Source: a virus
Lineage: Duplodnaviria > Caudoviricetes
Virus record (IMG/VR): IMGVR_UViG_3300043391_000113
Coordinates: 660 to 64,659 of that record
DNA: 64,000 bases
Strand: one strand, 5' to 3'
Made by a program: the position numbers and the translations under genes. The number at the start of each line of letters is the position of its first letter. Position 1 is the stretch's first letter. The notes beneath the pieces were generated by a model. The model was not told where the DNA came from. It did not search any database and saw nothing but the letters and a program-made list of their open reading frames with translations. This document shows, in pieces, positions 46,550-55,370 of the stretch.

Positions 46550-47350
46550 TTACATCATCCTTCCACGAGTTTTGCCACGTTGTGCACAGCCATCCCCACG
46601 GGAGGACGCCGAAGAAACAGAACCACCTTTGGCGAAAGCTTTGACCTTGCCACCCTTCTTCATGTCGGGGTTGCGGTCTTCGCTACGACTCATACCACGT
46701 GGGTTTTTGGTTGCGCCCTGCCCAAACCGCGAAGCTTCTCCCGCCGAAACACCGCCCGAATCACCAGCAGCGGGACCACGGCTAAACCCTTTAGATTCAC
46801 GTTTGAGTTCAAACCCAAGCTCATTTGCGGCTGGACCTTTGTCCATATCCTTAACTTCGCGGCCTGACTGTTTGATCGCAGGATTTGATCCAACAGCACC
46901 CTCACTACGAGGGGTATATCCGCGCTCAGCTTTTGGCCCACTCAACGCTTTGGGTTCTGAGCGAGGTGCTGGTAATGCTGGGGTTTCCCGGCGAGGGGCT
47001 GGAAGTGCTCTGGTTTCACCACGCAAAGTTGGTTCGATCCGATCACGAATTTCATCAACAGCTTTCCCAGCACCCATCAAACTCCGAAGACCACGCAGGG
47101 CGGGAATAGCCGTTTCCGGATAAACCCCTTCCAACGGTTTGTCTTCAGCCTGCAAACGCTCAATTTCCGCACGCTTTTCGCTATCAGAAGGCCCTGATTT
47201 GGGGGCCTCCCCCATACTAGGCTTCCCAGATTTTGGCGCGGACATATCTTCTTTAAGTTTCGTGTTGTACTTCTTACCACGAAACTCAAACTCTGTGTCG
47301 CCCAAAGCGCGATGCGCTTTGAATGCGCGTTCAAATTCACTGAGTGCCAT
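46550..47350 (-). CDS. late protein with shared C-terminal tag
   Basis: FEFRGKKYNT N-terminal motif; FAKGGSVSSASSRGDGCAQRGKTRGRMM. Confidence 0.75.
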   Translation of the reverse strand: MALSEFERAFKAHRALGDTEFEFRGKKYNTKLKEDMSAPKSGKPSMGEAPKSGPSDSEKRAEIERLQAEDKPLEGVYPETAIPALRGLRSLMGAGKAVDEIRDRIEPTLRGETRALPAPRRETPALPAPRSEPKALSGPKAERGYTPRSEGAVGSNPAIKQSGREVKDMDKGPAANELGFELKRESKGFSRGPAAGDSGGVSAGEASRFGQGATKNPRGMSRSEDRNPDMKKGGKVKAFAKGGSVSSASSRGDGCAQRGKTRGRMM

Positions 47351-47359
47351 AATTATTCC

Positions 47360-47713
47360 TTAGCAGGTCCTGCCGCCCTTAGTCATCTTGACCATCTTGG
47401 TATCGGTTTTGCCCTTTTTGGCAACCCCATCAGCGCGGGAAGAGACGGAACCGCCCTTCTTCATACCCATCATCTCAGACTTTTCGTGTTTCATCATGGC
47501 GGCAGGAGCACCTTTCTTCTTCATAAAAGCCACTTCTTTGCCCACCATCTTCTTTGACTCAGCCATATCACCACCTTTTGAAAACTTGCGACCCTTGTCA
47601 GCCGCTGCAAAGTCCTTGCCCACGGACTGAGGAACGCCAGCTTTCTTGGCAAAATTGGGGCTGTGGGCTACAGCCTCCATGAAATTGTGTTGCTTAGAAC
47701 TGTGACTAGGCAT
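47360..47713 (-). CDS. small basic late protein
   Basis: SSKQHNFMEAVAHSPNFAKKAGVPQSVGKDF; three GG motifs; SSRADGVAKKGKT. Confidence 0.7.
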   Translation of the reverse strand: MPSHSSKQHNFMEAVAHSPNFAKKAGVPQSVGKDFAAADKGRKFSKGGDMAESKKMVGKEVAFMKKKGAPAAMMKHEKSEMMGMKKGGSVSSRADGVAKKGKTDTKMVKMTKGGRTC

Positions 47714-47942
47714 GCTTTTCTACCAGTCGGTCAATCTTAGCCTCAAGCCGGTCAAGCCGATCAAAGATGCGATTGATGTCCGCGTCCAACTGTGTTTTGG
47801 TCACATACTCTTTGGCAATCTCTTCGCGGGTCTTGTTAATCAGCACTTGAAGGCGTTTTACCTCGTCATACATGCTTTTGAGGAAGAATCCCGCAACGCT
47901 AACACCTACCGAAAGAACTGCGTTCCAAATAGTGTGTTCCAT
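47706..47942 (-). CDS. TM plus coiled-coil small protein
   Basis: IWNAVLSVGVSVAGFFL then EEIAKEYVTK...RLDRLEAKIDRL. Confidence 0.7.
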   Translation of the reverse strand: MEHTIWNAVLSVGVSVAGFFLKSMYDEVKRLQVLINKTREEIAKEYVTKTQLDADINRIFDRLDRLEAKIDRLVEKHA

Positions 47943-47949
47943 ACCCACC

Positions 47950-48210
47950 TCAGCACTTCCACGCCCGAAGGCTTTTGTTAATCCGGGAGTCGGGGTCGTT
48001 GGCTGTTTTGGAGGAAGTAAGTTTCGATTTCATGCCGCTCATTCGCGCACAAAAGCTCTTCCTTCTCCCGGCGTCTTCTTTCGTTTTTGGTTTCGGGGCG
48101 GGGGGCTTTAAGTTCATCCCTTGTGATTTCGCGGACGCGCGTCCCTTCGCATTCAGACCCCCCTTGGGGTCCTTTCCTTCTGCTCTTTGCCAAGCTGGGG
48201 ACTTAGCCAT
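47950..48210 (-). CDS. small basic late protein
   Basis: MAKSPAWQRAEGKDPKGGLNAKGRAS...RRKSFCARM. Confidence 0.7.
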   Translation of the reverse strand: MAKSPAWQRAEGKDPKGGLNAKGRASAKSQGMNLKPPAPKPKTKEDAGRRKSFCARMSGMKSKLTSSKTANDPDSRINKSLRAWKC

Positions 48211-48487
48211 AAAACACCGTGATAGACGCGCTAGTTGGCAAAACCACATAAAACCCGTTTTGAAATAGCACACCTTCACCGGGTATCAACGTCGCAATAA
48301 CTGCAGTGTTGGTAGTAACGTGCAGCGTTAAAGAGTTTGTACCGGCGTTCGTAGTCGCGTTATCAAAAAATTGTATCTCCCCGGCGGTTCCACCGGGGGC
48401 TACTTGATAACCTTTAACTCGGGTACGCCCAGCAAAGCCTACGCCACTTGCATCTAAATGCACGGCTTTTACATCAGTTTGCTGCAT
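48203..48487 (-). CDS. putative virion protein
   Basis: Beta-rich 94 aa, IPGEGVLF motif. Confidence 0.6.
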   Translation of the reverse strand: MQQTDVKAVHLDASGVGFAGRTRVKGYQVAPGGTAGEIQFFDNATTNAGTNSLTLHVTTNTAVIATLIPGEGVLFQNGFYVVLPTSASITVFYG

Positions 48488-48500
48488 TGCAGCCCCCTAC

Positions 48501-48992
48501 TTAGTTTTGGGTGCTGGTTGGGTACATTACGCCGTTAGAACCTTTGACGATATACAGACAAGTAATCGTTGCGGCTCCACCGCTGGCAGTGCCAGCACAG
48601 GCATAAATGACGTTAACAATCAGATCCGTAGAACCGACGTTAAGCATCGTGCCGACTTGAGCGCCCGTGTAGGTGGTCGTTGCGCGTCCAACAGCTAGAG
48701 GGGTCGTGGTTGCACCACCAACTGTAGCCAGCGAATTGCCCGCAGCGGTTTGAATAGTAATTGTGTTGCCCGTGGTGCCAGCATAAGCAGTCGTGATGTC
48801 GACAACAAACTCAAGAATTTGAGCGCCAGCAGGGATACAAAACGCAAAAGTTGCGGTGGTATCAGCAACGGTCGTGGTGTCAGTTTGGGCAACAACAGTT
48901 GCGCCCATGTTCTGAATTGTGCCAGCGGTCGTGCCAGTGGTGTACTTGTTAGTGCCAAGCAGCCAAGGGCCAAGGTGGGAAGCGAAACCCAT
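48501..48992 (-). CDS. putative head decoration protein
   Basis: Thr/Ala/Gly-rich beta protein right after the major capsid gene. Confidence 0.55.
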   Translation of the reverse strand: MGFASHLGPWLLGTNKYTTGTTAGTIQNMGATVVAQTDTTTVADTTATFAFCIPAGAQILEFVVDITTAYAGTTGNTITIQTAAGNSLATVGGATTTPLAVGRATTTYTGAQVGTMLNVGSTDLIVNVIYACAGTASGGAATITCLYIVKGSNGVMYPTSTQN

Positions 48993-48999
48993 GATAAAT

Positions 49000-49070
49000 C
49001 CTCAAATTAAAACTTGCTGTCTCTTGAGGGAAGTCTGCCTAGTCAGTCAGCAAGTCGGTGGTCTAGGTAT
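49000..49070 (-). ncRNA. structured element downstream of major capsid gene (possibly Mu-gpT-DE-like motif)
   Basis: On the - strand CCTAG/CTAGG and ACTTGCTG/CAGCAAGT interleave as an H-type pseudoknot; CCTCAA can pair with SD TTGAGG. Confidence 0.5.
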
Positions 49071-49094
49071 GCCACTTTATAACACAACACATTG

Positions 49095-49125
49095 AAAAAG
49101 AAAAGGGGGCTTTTGGCCCCCTTCT
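49095..49125 (-). terminator. intrinsic terminator after major capsid gene
   Basis: - strand GGGGGC-CAAAA-GCCCCC then TTTTCTTTTT. Confidence 0.75.
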
Positions 49126-49139
49126 CCTACTACCCTAGA

Positions 49140-50051
49140 TCAGGTCGATCCGGGCGAACCGTACATACCAAGCGGATCAGACCAACCGAACGAATAACGC
49201 TCGCGGGACTTGTAACGGACGTTGCCCGTGTCAAAGTCACCATCCATGCTATTCGACAACGGCGTACGAACAAAGTGCTTCATGCCGTTTGGAACATCGG
49301 TAGTCAGATACCAGCCGTTCGTGTCCGTCAGGAAGTGATTGATCGTGTAGCCTTCTGGGATCGAACCGTTGTTCTTCAGAGCGTTCACGTCGTTGTCAGT
49401 GGTGCCGACACGGAGTTCGGTTTCCAACAAACGAGTAGCAACGAACTGGAGAGCGGGCGGAACAATCAGCTTCTTCGGTTTAGCTGCGATCAGCAGACCA
49501 CGTTCGTCAGTCCATGCAGCGATCTGGATTACTGCGTTTTCCAACGAGGTTTCATTCAGGTCAGCACCCGTCGAAGGACGATTGCTGTTAGTACCACCCG
49601 AAACCAGTGGGTGAGCCGTGCTGAAAAGAGCAACACCATCACCACCAGTGTAAGCCGCAGAGAAGCCGTTATTGATAACAGCCGCTGCTTTGACTTGCTT
49701 GGTGTACGCCATAGCACGAGCCAGACCTTTGGTGTAACGAGCAGACAAGCTGTCGTACAGGTTGTCCTCGATGGCCTCTTCGGTCAGCGAGAACCCCAAA
49801 GCAATGGTTTCGTGGTTGTAGCGAGCGGTCCATGCTTCCTGTGCATTGTCATACGCGATGGCAGAACCTTCGTTTTTGACAGGTGCAGCAGAGAAACCAG
49901 ACAGCTTGGTCTCTTCTTCAAAAGAACGCTCGGAAGTCTCGGTGTCGTAGATTTCCTTGTGCTCTTCGCCGTAGCGGGCATACTCCAAGCCAAACAGAGC
50001 ATTAAGCCCCGGCAAGAGTTCCTTAAGTAGTTGGGCGCGTGAAATTGCCAT
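49140..50051 (-). CDS. major capsid protein (Mu gpT-like, HK97 fold)
   Basis: MAISRAQLLKELLPGLNALFG...EAIEDNLY...RYKSRERYSFGWSDP; follows scaffold; own terminator. Confidence 0.9.
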   Translation of the reverse strand: MAISRAQLLKELLPGLNALFGLEYARYGEEHKEIYDTETSERSFEEETKLSGFSAAPVKNEGSAIAYDNAQEAWTARYNHETIALGFSLTEEAIEDNLYDSLSARYTKGLARAMAYTKQVKAAAVINNGFSAAYTGGDGVALFSTAHPLVSGGTNSNRPSTGADLNETSLENAVIQIAAWTDERGLLIAAKPKKLIVPPALQFVATRLLETELRVGTTDNDVNALKNNGSIPEGYTINHFLTDTNGWYLTTDVPNGMKHFVRTPLSNSMDGDFDTGNVRYKSRERYSFGWSDPLGMYGSPGST

Positions 50052-50064
50052 TTTAAGTTACTCC

Positions 50065-50889
50065 TTAGGCGATGCTTGTGCCAGCATAATACTGATGCTG
50101 ACCAAAGTTAATCTTAACCAAAATCTCTGGGTACTGCATGAACACAATAGTTGAGTTCAAAGTAGCAACAGGAGCTTGGTTCAAAATAAACGAGGTAGCA
50201 CCGGCAGAAGCGGCAGTGTCAACAAAAGAACCCGAAGAAACGTAGTTTCCGTTTGAGTCCAGCGAACCAACATCAGTACCAACCGGCAACGCGAACGGCA
50301 ACGCCGAACAAGTTACAGTAGCGGTAGAAATGCTGCTATAGGTTGCAGTCCCAAGAGAAACAGCCGTATCAGGCACTAAACCAAGCACGCGAACGGGCAA
50401 GGATGAAGTAGTGGCGGGAGTATCACTAGGAGCCAAGATAGCGTTCTTGGAGTTGCCGGTTGCAGTGCTACCCGTGTTGTTAATCATAGCCAAATTTTGG
50501 CCGATCATGGCGCGAGCGCCAGAAGCAACAACGGTAGTAGCAGAGCAAACAACACCCTTGAACACTTGATCAGGATCGTCAGCAACAATAGCTACTGCAT
50601 CACCAGCCGCAGTTGATGCTGGCCAGTATTGTTGGAATTGCTTTTGTTTTGTGACGGGGTTGGTAAACGAACATCCCAAAAAGATGCCAGTTTGGTTACC
50701 TGCTGTGCCAGTAGACACAGACAAGCGAACGATTTCACCACGGGACAATCCTACATAATCACCGTAAAAGATTGCCGTGCTGTAACCATTAGTAATCGGG
50801 TACTCACGGGTAGACCCCGCAAATACCTGACCGCCAATCAAATTGATTGGCTTTAGCCCATAGGGCGCATCAACAACTGGATAAGCCAT
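50065..50889 (-). CDS. capsid-associated protein
   Basis: APYGLKP...IFYGD...ADDPD; between scaffold and capsid. Confidence 0.6.
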   Translation of the reverse strand: MAYPVVDAPYGLKPINLIGGQVFAGSTREYPITNGYSTAIFYGDYVGLSRGEIVRLSVSTGTAGNQTGIFLGCSFTNPVTKQKQFQQYWPASTAAGDAVAIVADDPDQVFKGVVCSATTVVASGARAMIGQNLAMINNTGSTATGNSKNAILAPSDTPATTSSLPVRVLGLVPDTAVSLGTATYSSISTATVTCSALPFALPVGTDVGSLDSNGNYVSSGSFVDTAASAGATSFILNQAPVATLNSTIVFMQYPEILVKINFGQHQYYAGTSIA

Positions 50890-50906
50890 TTAAAGCTCCA
50901 AAAAAG

Positions 50907-51356
50907 TTAAATACCTTTGCCGAACCGAACCTCGGACTTGCCTTCTCGGAAGAGTGGCATCCGGGGATCACTTTGTCTCATCAGGTTATTGTTCACTGCA
51001 TCCGTTTGAGCTTGGGTTTGCTTAGCGTAATACTCATCGCGCTGTTGCGTAAACTCAGCCGGGGTTTTGCAAAGCAACAACCCACCAACTTCGATGTTGT
51101 CTTTATATTGACTCGTCGGGTCAGCTAACAGTTTGAATTTTGGTTGTTCCGTGATATCGACTGGTTCCCAACCTTCCCGTAATTTGGACGAGACATTGCG
51201 GGGATCTGCCTTCGATAGCGTCGAAACACGAATCCAGCGATACGAATACCCATCCGCTTTGTCAGGTTCGGGTAATAGTTCGGGGGGCATCCACTGTTTG
51301 GGGCGCTCCGCCATCGCTCGGGTTGCAAGTTCACGTGTCAGTCGGTTATCGGCCAT
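50907..51356 (-). CDS. conserved head-module protein
   Basis: YRWIRVS...LREGWEPV...VGGLLLCK. Confidence 0.7.
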   Translation of the reverse strand: MADNRLTRELATRAMAERPKQWMPPELLPEPDKADGYSYRWIRVSTLSKADPRNVSSKLREGWEPVDITEQPKFKLLADPTSQYKDNIEVGGLLLCKTPAEFTQQRDEYYAKQTQAQTDAVNNNLMRQSDPRMPLFREGKSEVRFGKGI

Positions 51357-52317
51357 TTGTGTTCTCCAATTTCAAAACTTCTCTAGCGTATTGCTCGGGT
51401 GTAATTCCAAATTTTTTGGCAAGTTGGACTTGGCTCGTTTTCAGCTTCACTTTGTTGGGAGCCGTACTACGAGTTGCCGGAGCTACGACAGTGCTTGGTT
51501 TTGAACGGTTAGCTTCCGCAGCAGCTTTTTGACGCTGTTCTTCAGCCCACTTGGGGAATCGTTCGATAAACCGGCGACGAATTGTATTGTCCAACTCGTT
51601 GTAATACCCATCAGACCCGATTTCCACCCCATTACGGCGGAGCTTTTCGTGTAGCCCCAACGCTGCGGCAGTCATCTCTTCGTCCTGACCGAACCACGGA
51701 TTGCGTTTTTGCCACGCTACCGCTTTGTCATCTGGCCGAGGGGGCTGCTGATATTGCTCTGGTTGTGTTTGTACAGGAGTTTCTTGCTCTTGTAAAGCAG
51801 GTATCCTGAAATTTTTGGCTTGTACCAACTTCAGATTGGCTTCTTGCAACGCTTGTTGCGCTTCAATCAGCCTATCCGCATCCCCGGCATCATAGGCTTC
51901 TTTGAAAGCCCGCTTTGCCATTTCCAATTCCATGCCCGCTGCATTCTGGATCGTGGAGGCATACTCCTTCTCTCCAGACGAAATCAAACTACGCATGCGC
52001 TTGTTTTCTTCATACAAGCGTTGAGCAGCCGTTACGGCTTCTTGCTGCTCCCGAAGCGCGGCTTCTTTCTCCCGGCGCTCGTCATGCCAGACCTTGCGCA
52101 TCTGTTTGAGCTTGGTTTTGACTGCCTCGTCATACCCATCAAGCTCATCTTTCTCAAGTTCTTTGGCAATCGGCTCGGGCATTGGGGTCTTACCCCGATC
52201 CGCCTCCGGCGTATCGTCTTCAATCTCAATCTCAAGCTTTTCTTCCTGCGCTGTTTCGGGGGCTTTTATCTCCACCTCGTCAGGAAACTTGAATTCGTTG
52301 CGCTCCATTTCAGGCAT
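51346..52317 (-). CDS. putative scaffolding protein
   Basis: Acidic coiled coil, NPWFG, C-terminal QLAKKFGITPEQYA; AAGGAGG RBS. Confidence 0.7.
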   Translation of the reverse strand: MPEMERNEFKFPDEVEIKAPETAQEEKLEIEIEDDTPEADRGKTPMPEPIAKELEKDELDGYDEAVKTKLKQMRKVWHDERREKEAALREQQEAVTAAQRLYEENKRMRSLISSGEKEYASTIQNAAGMELEMAKRAFKEAYDAGDADRLIEAQQALQEANLKLVQAKNFRIPALQEQETPVQTQPEQYQQPPRPDDKAVAWQKRNPWFGQDEEMTAAALGLHEKLRRNGVEIGSDGYYNELDNTIRRRFIERFPKWAEEQRQKAAAEANRSKPSTVVAPATRSTAPNKVKLKTSQVQLAKKFGITPEQYAREVLKLENTNGR

Positions 52318-52327
52318 TTTGTCCTCC

Positions 52328-52699
52328 TTATTTGCGCTTGATGCCACGTGGATCGTCAACCGTACCCTCAACGGAATCATCGTTGATGATGCGGAACTCA
52401 CGCCCGTGGATGACTAATCGTGTCCCGGCATGCGGACGGATTAGGATGAAGTCCCCTTCTTTGCACCAAGCACCACTCGGGAACCGATTTGGGTCTTTGT
52501 AACAATCGGGGCCGAGGGCAACTACAAAAAGAACCGTTGTGAGTAGTTCTTCGGTGTAAACGGTGGTCTCAGCTTTGATGATCCCACTCTCAAACTCCTT
52601 CTCAATCTCGGGGATTGCACACAGGATTCTGTACCCTGATGGTTTGGGGAGTTGTGTTGCTTTATCGCTGGGGTTTGTATCCAGCACTGGGTCAGTCAT
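52328..52699 (-). CDS. GroES-like co-chaperonin
   Basis: PSGYRIL...ESGII...VVALGP...KEGDFIL...FRIINDDSVEG. Confidence 0.8.
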   Translation of the reverse strand: MTDPVLDTNPSDKATQLPKPSGYRILCAIPEIEKEFESGIIKAETTVYTEELLTTVLFVVALGPDCYKDPNRFPSGAWCKEGDFILIRPHAGTRLVIHGREFRIINDDSVEGTVDDPRGIKRK

Positions 52700-52883
52700 C
52701 CAAATTCTCCAATCTTTCTTTGAGGTCTATGATGATTGAGCATGCGGCTTCAAGACCTCGCAACTGGCCGCATACAAAACGATACTCGTCAAAACTCGTA
52801 CAATTACCGCGTCCAACTGCGTCTTGGAGCATTACCATACGGTCTTTGTACTGAGCTAAAAGGTATTCAAGGTTCTTATCCAC
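52692..52883 (-). CDS. small conserved protein downstream of portal
   Basis: FDEYRFVCGQLRGL. Confidence 0.7.
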   Translation of the reverse strand: MDKNLEYLLAQYKDRMVMLQDAVGRGNCTSFDEYRFVCGQLRGLEAACSIIIDLKERLENLDD

Positions 52884-55362
52884 CGTCTACTCCCGGTTGT
52901 GGGGTGTTTCTGTCCATCTGGTGTTTACCCATCTCTTGGTCTTGATCCGCCTTCTGGGTATTTTTCTGATGTACTTGGTTTGACATCGTTTTGAACACTT
53001 CAGCACCAGTGCGGATCATGCTGTCCTCCTTGGTGTTGCGCATCTGAGCCACGGACTTGAGCGCATCAATCTGGATCTGCTTCTCTTTGAGAGCCGCATC
53101 AGTCTGGTCCTTGATCTCTTTGCGCTTCTGATCGGCTTGTTTGATCTGAAGCTCCTGCATTTGGATCTGCACCAACGGATCTTGCATCTTCTGCTGGGCT
53201 TGCTGTTGTGCCGCTTGTCCTTTGTTCATATTGAGCAGTTGCTGAGACGCCTGCGCCAAGAGTGGCGACAGACGCGCTTCAACTTCTGGGTCCATCGGCA
53301 CTTCTTCGCCCGACGCATCAAACTGAGGCGGCAAAGACATACCAAGCTGTTCTTCGATCTGCCGACGATACTGGAACCCAAGGTGCTCGTTCACATGGTT
53401 CATCATCATTGCTTGCATCTGCTGAGCCATCGGATTGCCCTGCAATAGCGACTGAATCTTTGGGTCCTGCATCGCAGACATATGGACCATGATGTGAGCT
53501 TGGTGGTCCTGATAGAGGAACGCTTTGACCGGCTTCATGCGCAGCACGTTCTGGTTCTCAGTCACTGGATCGGTTGGCTTCTGATCCTCGTCCATCGGGA
53601 CAAGTTTCTCAGCGTTCTTGATCCCCAGCACATCTAGCATCTGGCGGTGCAACAACGGAAGGTTGTACAACTGCGGGGCACCCTGCGCCAACTGAAGAAC
53701 GGCTTGGTACTGCACGATCTTCTGGGCCATTGTCGAAGCGTTGGGGTCGCTGACCGGGATGACATCCACGTTGTCATAGTCAGACTTCTTAGCCCTGCGG
53801 CTCCCAACGTCTGGCTCGTAGCTGTACTCCTCGGGCGTATAGGCCGCGATGATATGTTTGAGAAGCCGAAGCTCCTGCTTCATGGAGTAGTGGATGCGTG
53901 CCTGAATGGCACTCATGGTCTTAAGCGTACGCTCCAGAATGGCCAGCGTCGTACCAACCGGAGCTTGTCCGGACATATCGCTGATCTGAAGATCTGCCGT
54001 GTTGGCGAAGCGACGACCCTCGTCGATGATCTGCCCAAGCAACTGGATGAGGGTCTGGCTCGGCTCCTTATATGGAAGCGGCAACAGGTTGTCACGGATG
54101 GTGCCGCTTGGCACGTCCACGTCACGCCACTCGCCCGGAGCGATGGGAGTGTCATCTCCCTTGACCCGCAACCCACGGGCTTTGAACCCTCCCGGCAGGT
54201 TGGCCAGCGTACCCGCGTCAACAAGCTGCCTAATAAGAGAGGTGCCAGATTTGGCAAAAGCCCCAATCAGGTGGATCAAACCGAAACAGTAGAAGCCAAA
54301 CCCCGGCACGTATCCGTAGTGCACAAAGTGCTGACGGGGGGCATACATCTCGTCGTCTGGTTCCCAGTTACGGCGAATCCCCAGAACGGTTTGGGTCCCT
54401 TTCTCGATGGTTACTATATAAGGAAGGGCGATGCCAGTTAGCTCTCCATCCTCCTTGTGCTCGTACCCTTTGAGGTCGAGATGGACGTTCATCTCCAGAA
54501 TCTTGAACCGATCATCAGAGTTCGCCCGGAACCCCATCTTCTCGGCAATCTTCTTCTCAATCTCATCCATCGTCATCTGGGGTTCGCCCAGATCCACATC
54601 CCGGTAGAAGCCAGCCACCTGCAAGCGACGTAGCTCGTTCTCGGTTTTGCGCATCACGTGGGTGATCCGCTCGGCTGCTTCTAGATTAGAAGCCCCGTAC
54701 GGCACCACGAGGTCATCGGACGGTACATATATAGATACCTGACGCCCCAAGTGTGGGTCGTAGTAAATCTTCTTGAAGGCATTACCCGACAGCCCCAGAC
54801 CCCACAGCATGCGCTCATGCTCGGGCCGATACTCCTGCATCACGTCCGTCAGTTGGTAATTCATATCCTCTTGGACACGAACCGACGCTTCTTTCTTGGC
54901 AGGGGTCTCTTTACCAACGATCTGAGTCTTGACCGGCCCCGCAGCGGGGAAGGTGCTCATCATTGTCTCGGACTGGAACTTGACCAACGCCTCGGAGAGC
55001 AGTGGGTGATACACCCCGCATGCGCCCTCCCACGGTTCGGAGCGCTCCTCAATCTTCATCCCAAGCAGTTCTAACCCATCTACATAGGTCTGCATCCAAT
55101 CTTTGCGGGAATTGATATCTGAATCAAAGTCGCCCAATAGCTCGGACGCAAGGGATTGCAACTCCTGCTCACTTATAGATTCGGCAAGATTGGCATCGAA
55201 ATCATCAGCCATTTCTCGATCTGGAGTTAGCTCAATCTCCATCCCATCAATCCCAATTGACATAGATTCGGGATTCTCAACCTCAATCTCAATGTCTGGG
55301 GCCTCATCCATAAGACTGTCCAAACCTTGCGGTGCCGCATAAAGCGATTTTGCGATTGCCAT
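52876..55362 (-). CDS. portal protein
   Basis: 828 aa after terL; EPWEGACGVYHP, GFYCFGLIHLIG, Gln-rich helical C-terminus. Confidence 0.85.
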   Translation of the reverse strand: MAIAKSLYAAPQGLDSLMDEAPDIEIEVENPESMSIGIDGMEIELTPDREMADDFDANLAESISEQELQSLASELLGDFDSDINSRKDWMQTYVDGLELLGMKIEERSEPWEGACGVYHPLLSEALVKFQSETMMSTFPAAGPVKTQIVGKETPAKKEASVRVQEDMNYQLTDVMQEYRPEHERMLWGLGLSGNAFKKIYYDPHLGRQVSIYVPSDDLVVPYGASNLEAAERITHVMRKTENELRRLQVAGFYRDVDLGEPQMTMDEIEKKIAEKMGFRANSDDRFKILEMNVHLDLKGYEHKEDGELTGIALPYIVTIEKGTQTVLGIRRNWEPDDEMYAPRQHFVHYGYVPGFGFYCFGLIHLIGAFAKSGTSLIRQLVDAGTLANLPGGFKARGLRVKGDDTPIAPGEWRDVDVPSGTIRDNLLPLPYKEPSQTLIQLLGQIIDEGRRFANTADLQISDMSGQAPVGTTLAILERTLKTMSAIQARIHYSMKQELRLLKHIIAAYTPEEYSYEPDVGSRRAKKSDYDNVDVIPVSDPNASTMAQKIVQYQAVLQLAQGAPQLYNLPLLHRQMLDVLGIKNAEKLVPMDEDQKPTDPVTENQNVLRMKPVKAFLYQDHQAHIMVHMSAMQDPKIQSLLQGNPMAQQMQAMMMNHVNEHLGFQYRRQIEEQLGMSLPPQFDASGEEVPMDPEVEARLSPLLAQASQQLLNMNKGQAAQQQAQQKMQDPLVQIQMQELQIKQADQKRKEIKDQTDAALKEKQIQIDALKSVAQMRNTKEDSMIRTGAEVFKTMSNQVHQKNTQKADQDQEMGKHQMDRNTPQPGVDGG

Positions 55363-55370
55363 GATGTGCC

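Noticed and set aside
49092-50030. 312-aa + strand ORF
   Set aside because: Antisense shadow of the major capsid gene
53647-54441. 264-aa + strand ORF in the portal region
   Set aside because: Antisense to portal with no recognisable motifs
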